A stretch of DNA of 47,199 nt from Parcubacteria group bacterium LiPW_15 (GTDB taxonomy: Bacteria > Patescibacteriota > Minisyncoccia > UBA6257 > 2-01-FULL-56-20), in assembly GCA_007375645.1 (NCBI GenBank), contig VMER01000001.1:403576-450774 (forward strand). The letters run 5' to 3'. The translations under genes were made by a program, and so were the position numbers. The notes below the pieces were generated by a model. That model searched no databases. It saw nothing but the letters and a program-made list of their open reading frames with translations, and had not been told where the DNA came from. Below are positions 26,183 through 34,138 of the stretch, piece after piece (position 1 is the stretch's first letter; each line of letters begins with the position of its first letter).

Positions 26183-26467
26183 ATGCAACGCGCGCTAAGA
26201 ATTCGGCTCAAAGGCAGTCCAGTCGAAATCTGGCGCCTTGCGAACAACCGGGATCTGATACCCGAGAGGGTCATTGAGGAATTCAGCGACAAGTCCTTCT
26301 ATCTGAACCCGAACTGCGAAAGGTGGATCGAAGGCGGAACCCTCTATATCTTATTCCCCCGGATAGACGCTCTCCCGGGGGAAAAAGCTCTCCAGGGCAA
26401 GCTGGTCGCTTCCCTCCCTGCCGTGTGTGTTCAGGAGCTAGGTTTCGTATATCGCCCCAATGGCTGA
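26183..26467 (+). CDS. Small protein B1 (94 aa), unknown family, paralog of B2
   Basis: ATG at 26183 after GGAAAGGAG. The track's longer 25838 start runs through A2 and a terminator. Shares YLN..CE.W...G..Y..FP...AL.GE....GKLV with B2. Confidence 0.65.
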   Translation: MQRALRIRLKGSPVEIWRLANNRDLIPERVIEEFSDKSFYLNPNCERWIEGGTLYILFPRIDALPGEKALQGKLVASLPAVCVQELGFVYRPNG

Positions 26468-26482
26468 TTGAAAGGAGCACCG

Positions 26483-26764
26483 ATGCAATATTTCTTCAGG
26501 ATCCAGGTCGCCGACACGTTCGCAAACGCTTTGGCCTTCGCTGAGAAGCATCCGACCCTCGGCAGGGTCACCGAAGCCATCTGCGAGGACACGATCTACC
26601 TGAACCAGGATTGCGAGATGTGGGTGACCAGCGGAATCGTCTACGTCTTCTTCCCGAATGTGGAGGCCCTTTCCGGGGAGACCTCCAGGCGGGGCAAGCT
26701 GGTCATCCTCCTCCGCACCGAGGAAATGCGCGAGTGCGGGCATGTCTGGCGTTTCGACGTCTGA
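26483..26764 (+). CDS. Small protein B2 (93 aa), paralog of B1
   Basis: ATG at 26483 after GAAAGGAG. 15 nt downstream of the B1 stop. Confidence 0.65.
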   Translation: MQYFFRIQVADTFANALAFAEKHPTLGRVTEAICEDTIYLNQDCEMWVTSGIVYVFFPNVEALSGETSRRGKLVILLRTEEMRECGHVWRFDV

Positions 26765-26778
26765 GCGCCCCTCTCTCT

Positions 26779-26804
26779 GCCGCCCTCCCGGGCGGCCTTT
26801 TTTT
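26779..26804 (+). terminator. Intrinsic terminator (cassette type)
   Basis: GCCGCCC-TCCC-GGGCGGC followed by CTTTTTTT. Same sequence as 25682-25706. Confidence 0.8.
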
Positions 26805-27030
26805 CCAAAATTTATGGCGCTCCGAATACCTTGCCCGAATAGTTATGCACAGCTTGACACCTATAGGTATTTTGACGAAAAAAGTTGCCGGATGTCCGGC
26901 CCAGCCCACGACTTGTTGATAAAGAATGTTGTTCCTTATTTATAGTGAGAGTAAACCCCCACACCTAATGGGAAATTTATCCTCAGATGGGTTCTTGTCC
27001 CCCATTAGGTGTGGGGGTAAACTTTAGAAA

Positions 27031-27561
27031 ATGACTGAAAACGAGGACTCGCTTCTCTCCCAGCAAGTCGCCCCAGAACTGAAAACCAATCGCCGCAAAA
27101 TGAAGATCGCTTTTATAGCGATAATTTTTTTGGCGCTCTTGGCGCTTATCGGAAACGGTGTCTACAGATATTGGCTGGCCATTAACTCGGCCGCGCAATA
27201 CGAAAAAGATTTAGCGGCGACCATGGCTGCAGAAAGAGAAGCAAAAATGGCCGATACCTATGGCGGCTCTACCCCGGCCGAAACGCTTCAACTATATATA
27301 GATGCACTCAAGAAGAATGATTTTGAATTAGCGAGTAAATACTTTATAGAGAAAAACCGAGATGCACAACATAAAAAAATAGTTGCCTTTGGTGAAAAAA
27401 AACTTATAACTTATGCAGGCAACCTAGAGATTTTATATAAAAATATACTCAAAGGAAGCGGCGCCTACTCTGACGATAAGCTTGAATTCGTAACCGACAA
27501 GCCATTTTTTGCAGACTTTGCATTATACCCCAATAATATTTGGAAAATAACAGAAATATAA
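27031..27561 (+). CDS. Membrane-anchored hypothetical protein
   Basis: 176 aa with TM IAFIAIIFLALLALIGNGVY. AT-rich. The start could instead be the internal MKIAF. Confidence 0.5.
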   Translation: MTENEDSLLSQQVAPELKTNRRKMKIAFIAIIFLALLALIGNGVYRYWLAINSAAQYEKDLAATMAAEREAKMADTYGGSTPAETLQLYIDALKKNDFELASKYFIEKNRDAQHKKIVAFGEKKLITYAGNLEILYKNILKGSGAYSDDKLEFVTDKPFFADFALYPNNIWKITEI

Positions 27562-27564
27562 AAG

Positions 27565-30500
27565 ATGTTCCGCAAAGCGTTTGCGGTTTCCTTTTTTCTT
27601 TTTCTCATCGCTGGTCGCGCCCTAGCTTATAACGACCGGACAACCCATCCCGCGCTAACCGGAGAAATTTTAGATTTCGTCGGCGGGTTCACCGCCGAAG
27701 AACGGGGTTGGATAGTTGAAGGAAGCAAGCTGGAAGACTTCGCCCCTCGCTGGATAAACCATTTTTATGACCCTATAAACAATACTAGCTGGACCGGCGC
27801 TAAAGCCAGTGGAATCCCCGCAGACACATTGCGAACCATGGCCGCCATAGGCGCAACCGATCCCCTCCCCGCCACAAGCTGGATAAAAGGATGCAACACA
27901 CAATCCGCTTATTTCGCGAACGGCGGAAACCGCGTCTGGGAAAGCGCCCTACAGGCCTATTCTGAGGGCAATCTTAAAGAAGCCTACACGACCCTCGGCC
28001 ACATTTTGCACATTGAAGAAGATCTGTCCGTTCCAGACCATACCCGCGACGACACTCACGCCCAAAATCTCGGCGGGGATGATGGTAGCCCCTATGAGCA
28101 ATATGCGAGCAAATACACGCCCGATACCATAAAATCATTAAATATCGCGGGGAGTTTAAAATCCTCAGGCATGTCACCGGCGAAATTCAGTTCGCCCGAA
28201 GAATATCTTGTGGCAATGGCCGTTTATTCCAACAAATATTTCTTTTCCAAGGATACTATAAATGACCCGCGTTACCCGGAACCAAAAATAATTGCTGAAA
28301 ACGATACTTTCGTTTATGGAAAAGATGAAAATGGCACGAATTTCCCAATTGCCTCGGTATCGAATTTCGCCGACAACAACGAAAATTATTTTTTGAGGAA
28401 CGTATCACCATACTCCTCCATCCTCGACTCCTATTTCTATCGCTTATCTAGACAAGCGGTCCTAAATGGCGCAGGGCTTGTCACCCTTTTTAAAAAACAG
28501 GCTGAAGACGCCAAGGTTAACCAAGAATTTTTTGTGGACGATAGACATACGCTTGCCAAAATTGCCTGCAAAACCGGAGATGTAGCCGGCAAGTTCACCA
28601 CCATGGGACTTATTTCCTATATCGGCCAAGGGGCAAGTTCTGCCTTGGGCCAAATCGCCGACACCGCCAGTTCCGCTTGGAACTTTTTTGTCGGCTTATT
28701 CAAAAAATCCTCGCCTCAATCCACCGAAATCGCCGACAATACCGAAGGGGTCGGCACATCTCTCCCGCCCAACACACAAGACTTCCTCACAAATAATACG
28801 GACCTCACGCTTCCTCCGACACTCCCTCCTCCGCCGAAACCGACGGCTCCGAAAGCGACGACCACTCTGCCCGTAGCACCGACCAGCACCGCACCGACAA
28901 TCGCCGCAACCACAACCTCGGCAGCTAAGTTAGCACTAAACAAGCTGCCCGTCCTCCCTCCTCCCCCGAAACCCACGAATCCAAACGGATCAACCGGTGG
29001 AGGCGGCGGTACCGTTGGCGTTCAACCCACCCCAACGTCAACCGATATACAAGCGACAACCACGCCCACGTCTCTCGCAGATCATGTATTAATAAGCGAA
29101 ATATTTTTCAATGCCGACGGTTCCGATGCCGGGAAAGAGTTTGTGGAACTTTATAATCCATCCGATTCCGCAAAAAACCTGGATGGTTGCGCGCTAAAAT
29201 ATATTGCGGAAAATTCTACAACCACTCATTCGCTTGCGACAATCCGCGCGACCACTACCGAAATTTCTATAATTCCTGCGCATGGTTTTTTGTTGCTCGG
29301 CTTCGGAGGGTATGATTCGCAAAATTATGGAGGTAGGGCAGCCGACGTAACCCGCACAGCGTCCGTTCCCAACGGCGAAGATGTTCATAGCACCCCACAG
29401 AAAATTAAGCTTGGTTTCTTTGACGAAACCAAGCAGGAAATTGATTCTGTTGTCTATGATAAAAATTCTATAACCGCACCCGGGGAAAGTTTGGAGCGCT
29501 TAGCGTTTGACGGCACATGTAAGCCCGCAACCGGTTTGGGAGAATTTTTAGGAAATGGCTGCTCAACCGGCGAAAAACAATTTGAATCCAAACGCATTCC
29601 CCGCCCCCAAAATTCCACGAGTCTTCCCGAACCTCGCCAAGCCCCAACCACACCAACACTCGCCGGCGGGACAACTTCTATTGCAAACTATTTCCCGGAT
29701 ACTCTGAAAATTAGTTTTGAGTGGAAAAATTCTCTTGATTTTTCCGGTACCTCCACGGAAATAACGTATAAACTTTTTGACGCATCAAGCTCGACCTCTC
29801 TACTCGTCTCAACCTCGACCGCCACCTCCACCGAAAGAAATATTGGCGAGGTCGGCAGATCCTATGATCATGCCTTGGTTGCTGAAGATCGAGATGGCAT
29901 GCCCTCCGCCACAACCACCATGACTACAAATGTTCCCGGATTCGTGGATAAAATATTTTTCTACCGCAACCCGCGTTCTTCGAGCACACCGAATAGCGTT
30001 AATTTGGAGGTGCGATATTCCAAGCGTCCGTTTATCCCCCAGCTCCTTTCGGGCGGACTCAATTGGCAAGGACTACTTTTTTATTCTAATCGCGCGGCAA
30101 ATAATAAAAATGGAAGTCTTACGCTCTCAGGAAACTATGCCCCGACGGATGCCAGCGGAACGATTCCCGTAACTACTCGCGGTCCAGCCTTATTCGGCCT
30201 GTCTCCGGAAAATTCCAAAGGTTTCGGTCCCGGCCTCTACAATTTTAGTTTCTTCCTCCCCGAGGAAGATGGCCGGCTGGTTCTTGGGGCGACGCTTCCA
30301 GCGGAAGCCACCTCTACGGATTACGCCACAATCGCTTATTATGACGCCTTAAATACCGGTGGCATCGCTCTCCCGCCCGGAGAAAACGACTTTGGCCTGA
30401 TTGCGACCGACGCAAGAAAAATAATGTTGGCTGAATTGCCACCGGAACAAACTCCGCCTAGTAGGCCAGAAAATATTTCATTAAACTTTGACGAAAACCT

Positions 30501-31206
30501 GACTAAGCTGAATTTATTCTGGTCGACATCTACCGATGCAGATAGTCTTGATTCGGAAATAACATACGAAACCAACTTTTCTACATCTACAGAACTCTCT
30601 ACTTCGACCTGGACATTGCAAGGAAAAACTGATTCCGCCTCAATAGATGTCATCCCAGGAAATACTTATATGGTAGGCGCGAGAGCAATCGATGATTTTG
30701 GCAACGCTTCTGAAGCCAATACCATATTTTGGAATTTCCCTGATGGGTATAAACCCGCAGTTATGAGTGGGTCACTCACTGCGGCTTCTCAAGATTTTAT
30801 CGCGCAAACAGACGCGAATGTTAGCGAAATCAACATCTATACAACTGCTTTTTCAAAACGGCGTGACTGGCCACCTCCGCCGATAAATCCTTGCGGCATA
30901 TCATTTTTTGAGGTGAATACCAGTAGCACAATTTCTCTCCTTGGCTCGTCAAACACATACGAAGATGAAGCTTGCGCCGGAGCTCCTCTCAAATTTACTT
31001 TTTCTTCGCCGATTCCGCTCCTCGCCGGCCACACCTATCGCTGGCAATTCAACTTAAGCGGAGGAAGTAATTATTTTGGCTATCCAACCGTTAAATTCTA
31101 TGGTCGAACCGAGAATAACTTGGGTGGACCTTTCAGCGACCCGTCGCTCGCCAGCGCAAAATTCAGTCTTAAAGATACATCTGGAGGCATTGTGATCGAT
31201 AACTGA
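27565..31206 (+). CDS. Giant secreted multidomain protein: zinc-dependent phospholipase C/P1-nuclease-like N-terminal domain, Pro/Thr linker, lamin-tail domain (LTD), FN3-like modules
   Basis: Signal peptide MFRKAFAVSFFLFLIAGRALA. LGHILHIEEDLSVPDHTRDD resembles the Zn-binding H..D...P.H motif. PPPPKPT linkers. LISEIFFNADGSDAGKEFVELYNPSDSAKNLDGCAL is a typical LTD signature. PSRPENISLNFDENLTKLNLFWSTSTD...GNTYMVGARAIDDFGN is FN3-like. Confidence 0.6.
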   Translation: MFRKAFAVSFFLFLIAGRALAYNDRTTHPALTGEILDFVGGFTAEERGWIVEGSKLEDFAPRWINHFYDPINNTSWTGAKASGIPADTLRTMAAIGATDPLPATSWIKGCNTQSAYFANGGNRVWESALQAYSEGNLKEAYTTLGHILHIEEDLSVPDHTRDDTHAQNLGGDDGSPYEQYASKYTPDTIKSLNIAGSLKSSGMSPAKFSSPEEYLVAMAVYSNKYFFSKDTINDPRYPEPKIIAENDTFVYGKDENGTNFPIASVSNFADNNENYFLRNVSPYSSILDSYFYRLSRQAVLNGAGLVTLFKKQAEDAKVNQEFFVDDRHTLAKIACKTGDVAGKFTTMGLISYIGQGASSALGQIADTASSAWNFFVGLFKKSSPQSTEIADNTEGVGTSLPPNTQDFLTNNTDLTLPPTLPPPPKPTAPKATTTLPVAPTSTAPTIAATTTSAAKLALNKLPVLPPPPKPTNPNGSTGGGGGTVGVQPTPTSTDIQATTTPTSLADHVLISEIFFNADGSDAGKEFVELYNPSDSAKNLDGCALKYIAENSTTTHSLATIRATTTEISIIPAHGFLLLGFGGYDSQNYGGRAADVTRTASVPNGEDVHSTPQKIKLGFFDETKQEIDSVVYDKNSITAPGESLERLAFDGTCKPATGLGEFLGNGCSTGEKQFESKRIPRPQNSTSLPEPRQAPTTPTLAGGTTSIANYFPDTLKISFEWKNSLDFSGTSTEITYKLFDASSSTSLLVSTSTATSTERNIGEVGRSYDHALVAEDRDGMPSATTTMTTNVPGFVDKIFFYRNPRSSSTPNSVNLEVRYSKRPFIPQLLSGGLNWQGLLFYSNRAANNKNGSLTLSGNYAPTDASGTIPVTTRGPALFGLSPENSKGFGPGLYNFSFFLPEEDGRLVLGATLPAEATSTDYATIAYYDALNTGGIALPPGENDFGLIATDARKIMLAELPPEQTPPSRPENISLNFDENLTKLNLFWSTSTDADSLDSEITYETNFSTSTELSTSTWTLQGKTDSASIDVIPGNTYMVGARAIDDFGNASEANTIFWNFPDGYKPAVMSGSLTAASQDFIAQTDANVSEINIYTTAFSKRRDWPPPPINPCGISFFEVNTSSTISLLGSSNTYEDEACAGAPLKFTFSSPIPLLAGHTYRWQFNLSGGSNYFGYPTVKFYGRTENNLGGPFSDPSLASAKFSLKDTSGGIVIDN

Positions 31207-31229
31207 GGAAATAATTGGAAATTAAAACG

Positions 31230-31255
31230 CCCGGATAGTCCATGGACTGTCCGGG
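31230..31255. terminator. Convergent-gene hairpin terminator; second copy of the CCCGGACAGTCC hairpin family
   Basis: CCCGGATAGTCC-AT-GGACTGTCCGGG with an A-rich 5' flank and CTTTC 3' flank. Confidence 0.65.
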
Positions 31256-31267
31256 CTTTCTGGCTCT

Positions 31268-32017
31268 TCAGGCGGCCAGAACCCTCCTGATTTTGGAAAA
31301 GATCGCGTCACCGACCTTGGGAATTGGTTTGTTGCCGTCCACGAGCTCGATGGGTCCGAAGTAGTGGGTGTCGCTGCCGAATTCCCAAACCTTTTCGTAG
31401 GCCGCAGCCGTCCGCTTGATTCCCTCCTCGGTCTCGAAGACGTTCTTGACCTTGCCATCCTTCGCGAAGCGTTCCGCGGCAACTTCGGGCGGAAGCGCCA
31501 TGTAAACCGTGAGCGCGGGAGTAACATAGCTCTTGCCCAGGACACGGTAGTGCCAATGGGCCAGATCCCCCAACTCCACTCCATGAGCAAGCCCGAAGGC
31601 GAAGGTCGATGGCGAGTAACGGTCGCAAATGATGTTCTCTCCATCCGCGAGGCGCGGGCGAAGAACATTCACACAGTGCCAGAGCCGGTCCGCCATGAAG
31701 ATGATCTGCATGCCGAGAACCGATACGGGCTGGCGTCCCGAGATGGTCCTTAAGACCGAAGCAACCCTGTCCCGGACCTCGGGCTTATCGGCTAAGAGCT
31801 TCGCGGCGGCGGTGTTGGCTTCGATGCAGGGCACGTCCCCCAGCCGCTTCTCGATGACCGCCCTGATGACTCGGCCAAACGGCCCCGAAGTTGGTTCCGC
31901 GTCGCAGGCAATGCGATGGCCGAGATCGGCGATCCTCATTGCCGCGACCTTTGCCTGCATGGTTTTGCCGGAACTGATCCCCTCGAGCAGTATGAGTCTC
32001 CCGGTTTTTATTTTCAT
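31268..32017 (-). CDS. tmk: Thymidylate (dTMP) kinase family protein
   Basis: P-loop LLEGISSGKT, DAEPTSGPFGRVIR, FMADRLWH and ICDRYSPSTFAF match the Tmk motif order. Strong SD GGAGGAGGG. GC-rich. Confidence 0.7.
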   Translation of the reverse strand: MKIKTGRLILLEGISSGKTMQAKVAAMRIADLGHRIACDAEPTSGPFGRVIRAVIEKRLGDVPCIEANTAAAKLLADKPEVRDRVASVLRTISGRQPVSVLGMQIIFMADRLWHCVNVLRPRLADGENIICDRYSPSTFAFGLAHGVELGDLAHWHYRVLGKSYVTPALTVYMALPPEVAAERFAKDGKVKNVFETEEGIKRTAAAYEKVWEFGSDTHYFGPIELVDGNKPIPKVGDAIFSKIRRVLAA

Positions 32018-32068
32018 GATCCCTCCTCCGGTTGGTCAGTCGGATATGTGCTACGGGCAGTATAAAAC

Positions 32069-32098
32069 AAAGCCCCGCTTTTTAAAAAGCGGGGCTTT
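32069..32098. terminator. Bidirectional terminator directly after rplK
   Basis: AAAGCCCCGCTTTTT/AAAAAGCGGGGCTTT perfect palindrome. Confidence 0.75.
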
Positions 32099-32109
32099 GT
32101 TTGTCGTAA

Positions 32110-32535
32110 TTAATCTATAACTTCTATTCCCATGGATCTAGCCGTCCCAGCTATTATCTTTTCGGCGGCATCCAGATCATTCGCGTTCAGGTCTACCATT
32201 TTGAGTTCTGCTATCTTTCGCACATCTGCTCTGGTCACCTTGCCGACTTTGCCCTTTAAAGGGTCAGCGGCTCCTTTTTCTACTCCGGCGGCTTTTCTCA
32301 AAAGCGAGGAGGCGGGAGAGGTTTTAAGCTTAAAGGTGAAAGAACGATCTTCAAAGATAGTGATCTCCGCGGGAATAATATCCCCCGGCTTATCCTTGGT
32401 CATGTCGTTGAACTGCTTACAGAATTCCTGAATGTTCACGCCCTGGGGACCCAGTGCGGTTCCGATCGGCGGCGCGGGATTAGCTTTTCCGGCTTCGATC
32501 TCAAGCTTTAAAATTGTTTTTACTTTTTTTGCCAT
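32110..32535 (-). CDS. rplK: 50S ribosomal protein L11
   Basis: [43 protein letters not shown], a canonical L11 N-terminus. Confidence 0.95.
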   Translation of the reverse strand: MAKKVKTILKLEIEAGKANPAPPIGTALGPQGVNIQEFCKQFNDMTKDKPGDIIPAEITIFEDRSFTFKLKTSPASSLLRKAAGVEKGAADPLKGKVGKVTRADVRKIAELKMVDLNANDLDAAEKIIAGTARSMGIEVID

Positions 32536-32581
32536 GATTTTAGTTATTGGCCTTGAGCTGAGGTTTGCTCTTGGTATGGTG

Positions 32582-32610
32582 ATATTACAACCTTTCTCTA
32601 TTTATTTCAA
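32582..32610 (-). promoter_or_regulatory. Putative rplK promoter
   Basis: TTGAAA (32610-32605), 17-nt spacer, TAATAT (32587-32582) on the minus strand. Confidence 0.5.
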
Positions 32611-32617
32611 TATCAAT

Positions 32618-33157
32618 TTAAACTGGGCCAACCAACTCGTATTTCCAGCCCGGCTGCCATTTCCATGGAGCCGGAATGACCTGTTCTAATGGGACTTTAT
32701 TTATAAGGTTCTCCAAAGCATACTGCGTCGCCCTGTGTCCGATTATCATCACCCGTTTTCCATTATAATTCTTCAGCAAATCCAGCAGGAACAGTCTCAT
32801 CCGCTCAGTGGTCTGTTTATAGCTTTCGCCGTTGGCAAATGGGACGTCTATCCTTTTTGGCTTTTCCTTACCAACAACTTCACTCGGATTTTTGGTAAAA
32901 TCGCCGTAATCACACTCTCTAAGTCGGGCGTCTTTGATGATCGGGAACTTGGTCCCGAAAGCGATTTCTGCACTTTTATATGAACGCTGTAAATCTGAGC
33001 AGAATATGGCATCAAAGTTTTCGTTTATATATCTCTCGCCCATTTCCCGAGATTGTTTTTCTCCCAATGCCGACAAGGCAACATCATTATGGCCGGAAGC
33101 CAAATGCGCCTCATTATCCAATGTTGTTCCGTGAGCTTCGAAAATTATCTCAACCAT
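32618..33157 (-). CDS. Histidine phosphatase family protein (phosphoglycerate mutase-like)
   Basis: The N-terminus aligns with the RHG-motif region but reads AHG: IIFEAHGTT..N......GHNDVALSALGEKQ. Also FCSDLQRSYKSAEIAF. Confidence 0.75.
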   Translation of the reverse strand: MVEIIFEAHGTTLDNEAHLASGHNDVALSALGEKQSREMGERYINENFDAIFCSDLQRSYKSAEIAFGTKFPIIKDARLRECDYGDFTKNPSEVVGKEKPKRIDVPFANGESYKQTTERMRLFLLDLLKNYNGKRVMIIGHRATQYALENLINKVPLEQVIPAPWKWQPGWKYELVGPV

Positions 33158-33354
33158 AGAATTTTTGTTTCCCCTATCACCCTGGTGCAGATATTGATTT
33201 TGCGGGGGCCATCGCAGGTATTTTTAGCCTGGTTTCCGCTGCCGCGGAAGCGGAATAAGTATGAGCCGACCTGCCTGCCGGCAGGCAGGGATAGAGGTGC
33301 GTTTTGCCGCAGGGGCGAAACGACACTGACCTCGCGAAATTAATATCAAACCCC

Positions 33355-33906
33355 TTAAACTTTCCTAACCTGCAACGAATCGAGCTCGATAGCCGTATCG
33401 CGGCCGAAGATAGGAACCAAAACCTTGATGCGTCCCCTCTCTTCATCCACCTCGGAAACTTTTCCGTCGTAGTCTTTAAAAGGTCCGTCCATAACTTTCA
33501 CGAGATCGCCCACGCGAAGGTCGACGGTAAATTTGCTGATATCGCGGCCCATTCGGTTCAAAAGAGATTCTACTTCTTCTTTAGAAAGCGGATTGGGCTT
33601 GGTGGAGTCGGCGCCGACAAAACCGGTAACGCGCGGGGTGTTTCGAACTACATACCAAGAGTCTTCGGTAAGCAGCATTTTCACCAAAACATAACCGGGG
33701 TAGATCTTCTCCTCGATGGTTGTTCTCCTGCCGTCCTTGATTCTCACTTTCTTTTCTATCGGAACCACGACTTCAAAAATCTTGTCTTCCATCGACAAGG
33801 ATTCCACGCGCTGTTTTAGGTATCTCGCCACCGCTTCTTCATAGCCTGAATAAGTGTGTACCGCGTACCACTCCGGAGTTCCCTTTGTCTCTATTTCGTC
33901 GCTCAT
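33355..33906 (-). CDS. nusG: Transcription termination/antitermination factor NusG
   Basis: WYAVHTYSGYEEAV NGN domain and C-terminal KOW GDLVKVMDGPFKDYDGKVSEVD. Confidence 0.9.
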   Translation of the reverse strand: MSDEIETKGTPEWYAVHTYSGYEEAVARYLKQRVESLSMEDKIFEVVVPIEKKVRIKDGRRTTIEEKIYPGYVLVKMLLTEDSWYVVRNTPRVTGFVGADSTKPNPLSKEEVESLLNRMGRDISKFTVDLRVGDLVKVMDGPFKDYDGKVSEVDEERGRIKVLVPIFGRDTAIELDSLQVRKV

Positions 33907-33907
33907 T

Positions 33908-34099
33908 TTAAGATTTTAAAACAAAAACTTTTATTGCGTAGGAAAAAATCGTGTCAAAGACACCCAAAAATATCGCGAGTCCCAAAGAAACTCCGACCAC
34001 GACAATGGTTAATTTCGTAGCCTCGCTTCGCGTCGGCCACTGAACGTTCCTGAGTTCGTGTCGCGCTTCAATTATGTAATTTTTTAATCGTCCAAACAT
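33908..34099 (-). CDS. secE: Preprotein translocase subunit SecE
   Basis: 63 aa. ELRNVQWPTRSEATKLTIVVVGVSLGLAIFLGVFD. Immediately upstream of nusG. Confidence 0.85.
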   Translation of the reverse strand: MFGRLKNYIIEARHELRNVQWPTRSEATKLTIVVVGVSLGLAIFLGVFDTIFSYAIKVFVLKS

Positions 34100-34138
34100 C
34101 GTTAATTTAAAAAATGCTAGGGGGTTCCTAGTAGAAAC

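Noticed and set aside
31222-32120. Several overlapping ORFs (31222-31668, 31308-31628, 31364-31753, 31629-32120) within the tmk region
   Set aside because: Only the 31268-32017 frame carries the P-loop, DRY and ADR thymidylate-kinase motifs and a strong SD. The others are GC-driven open frames.
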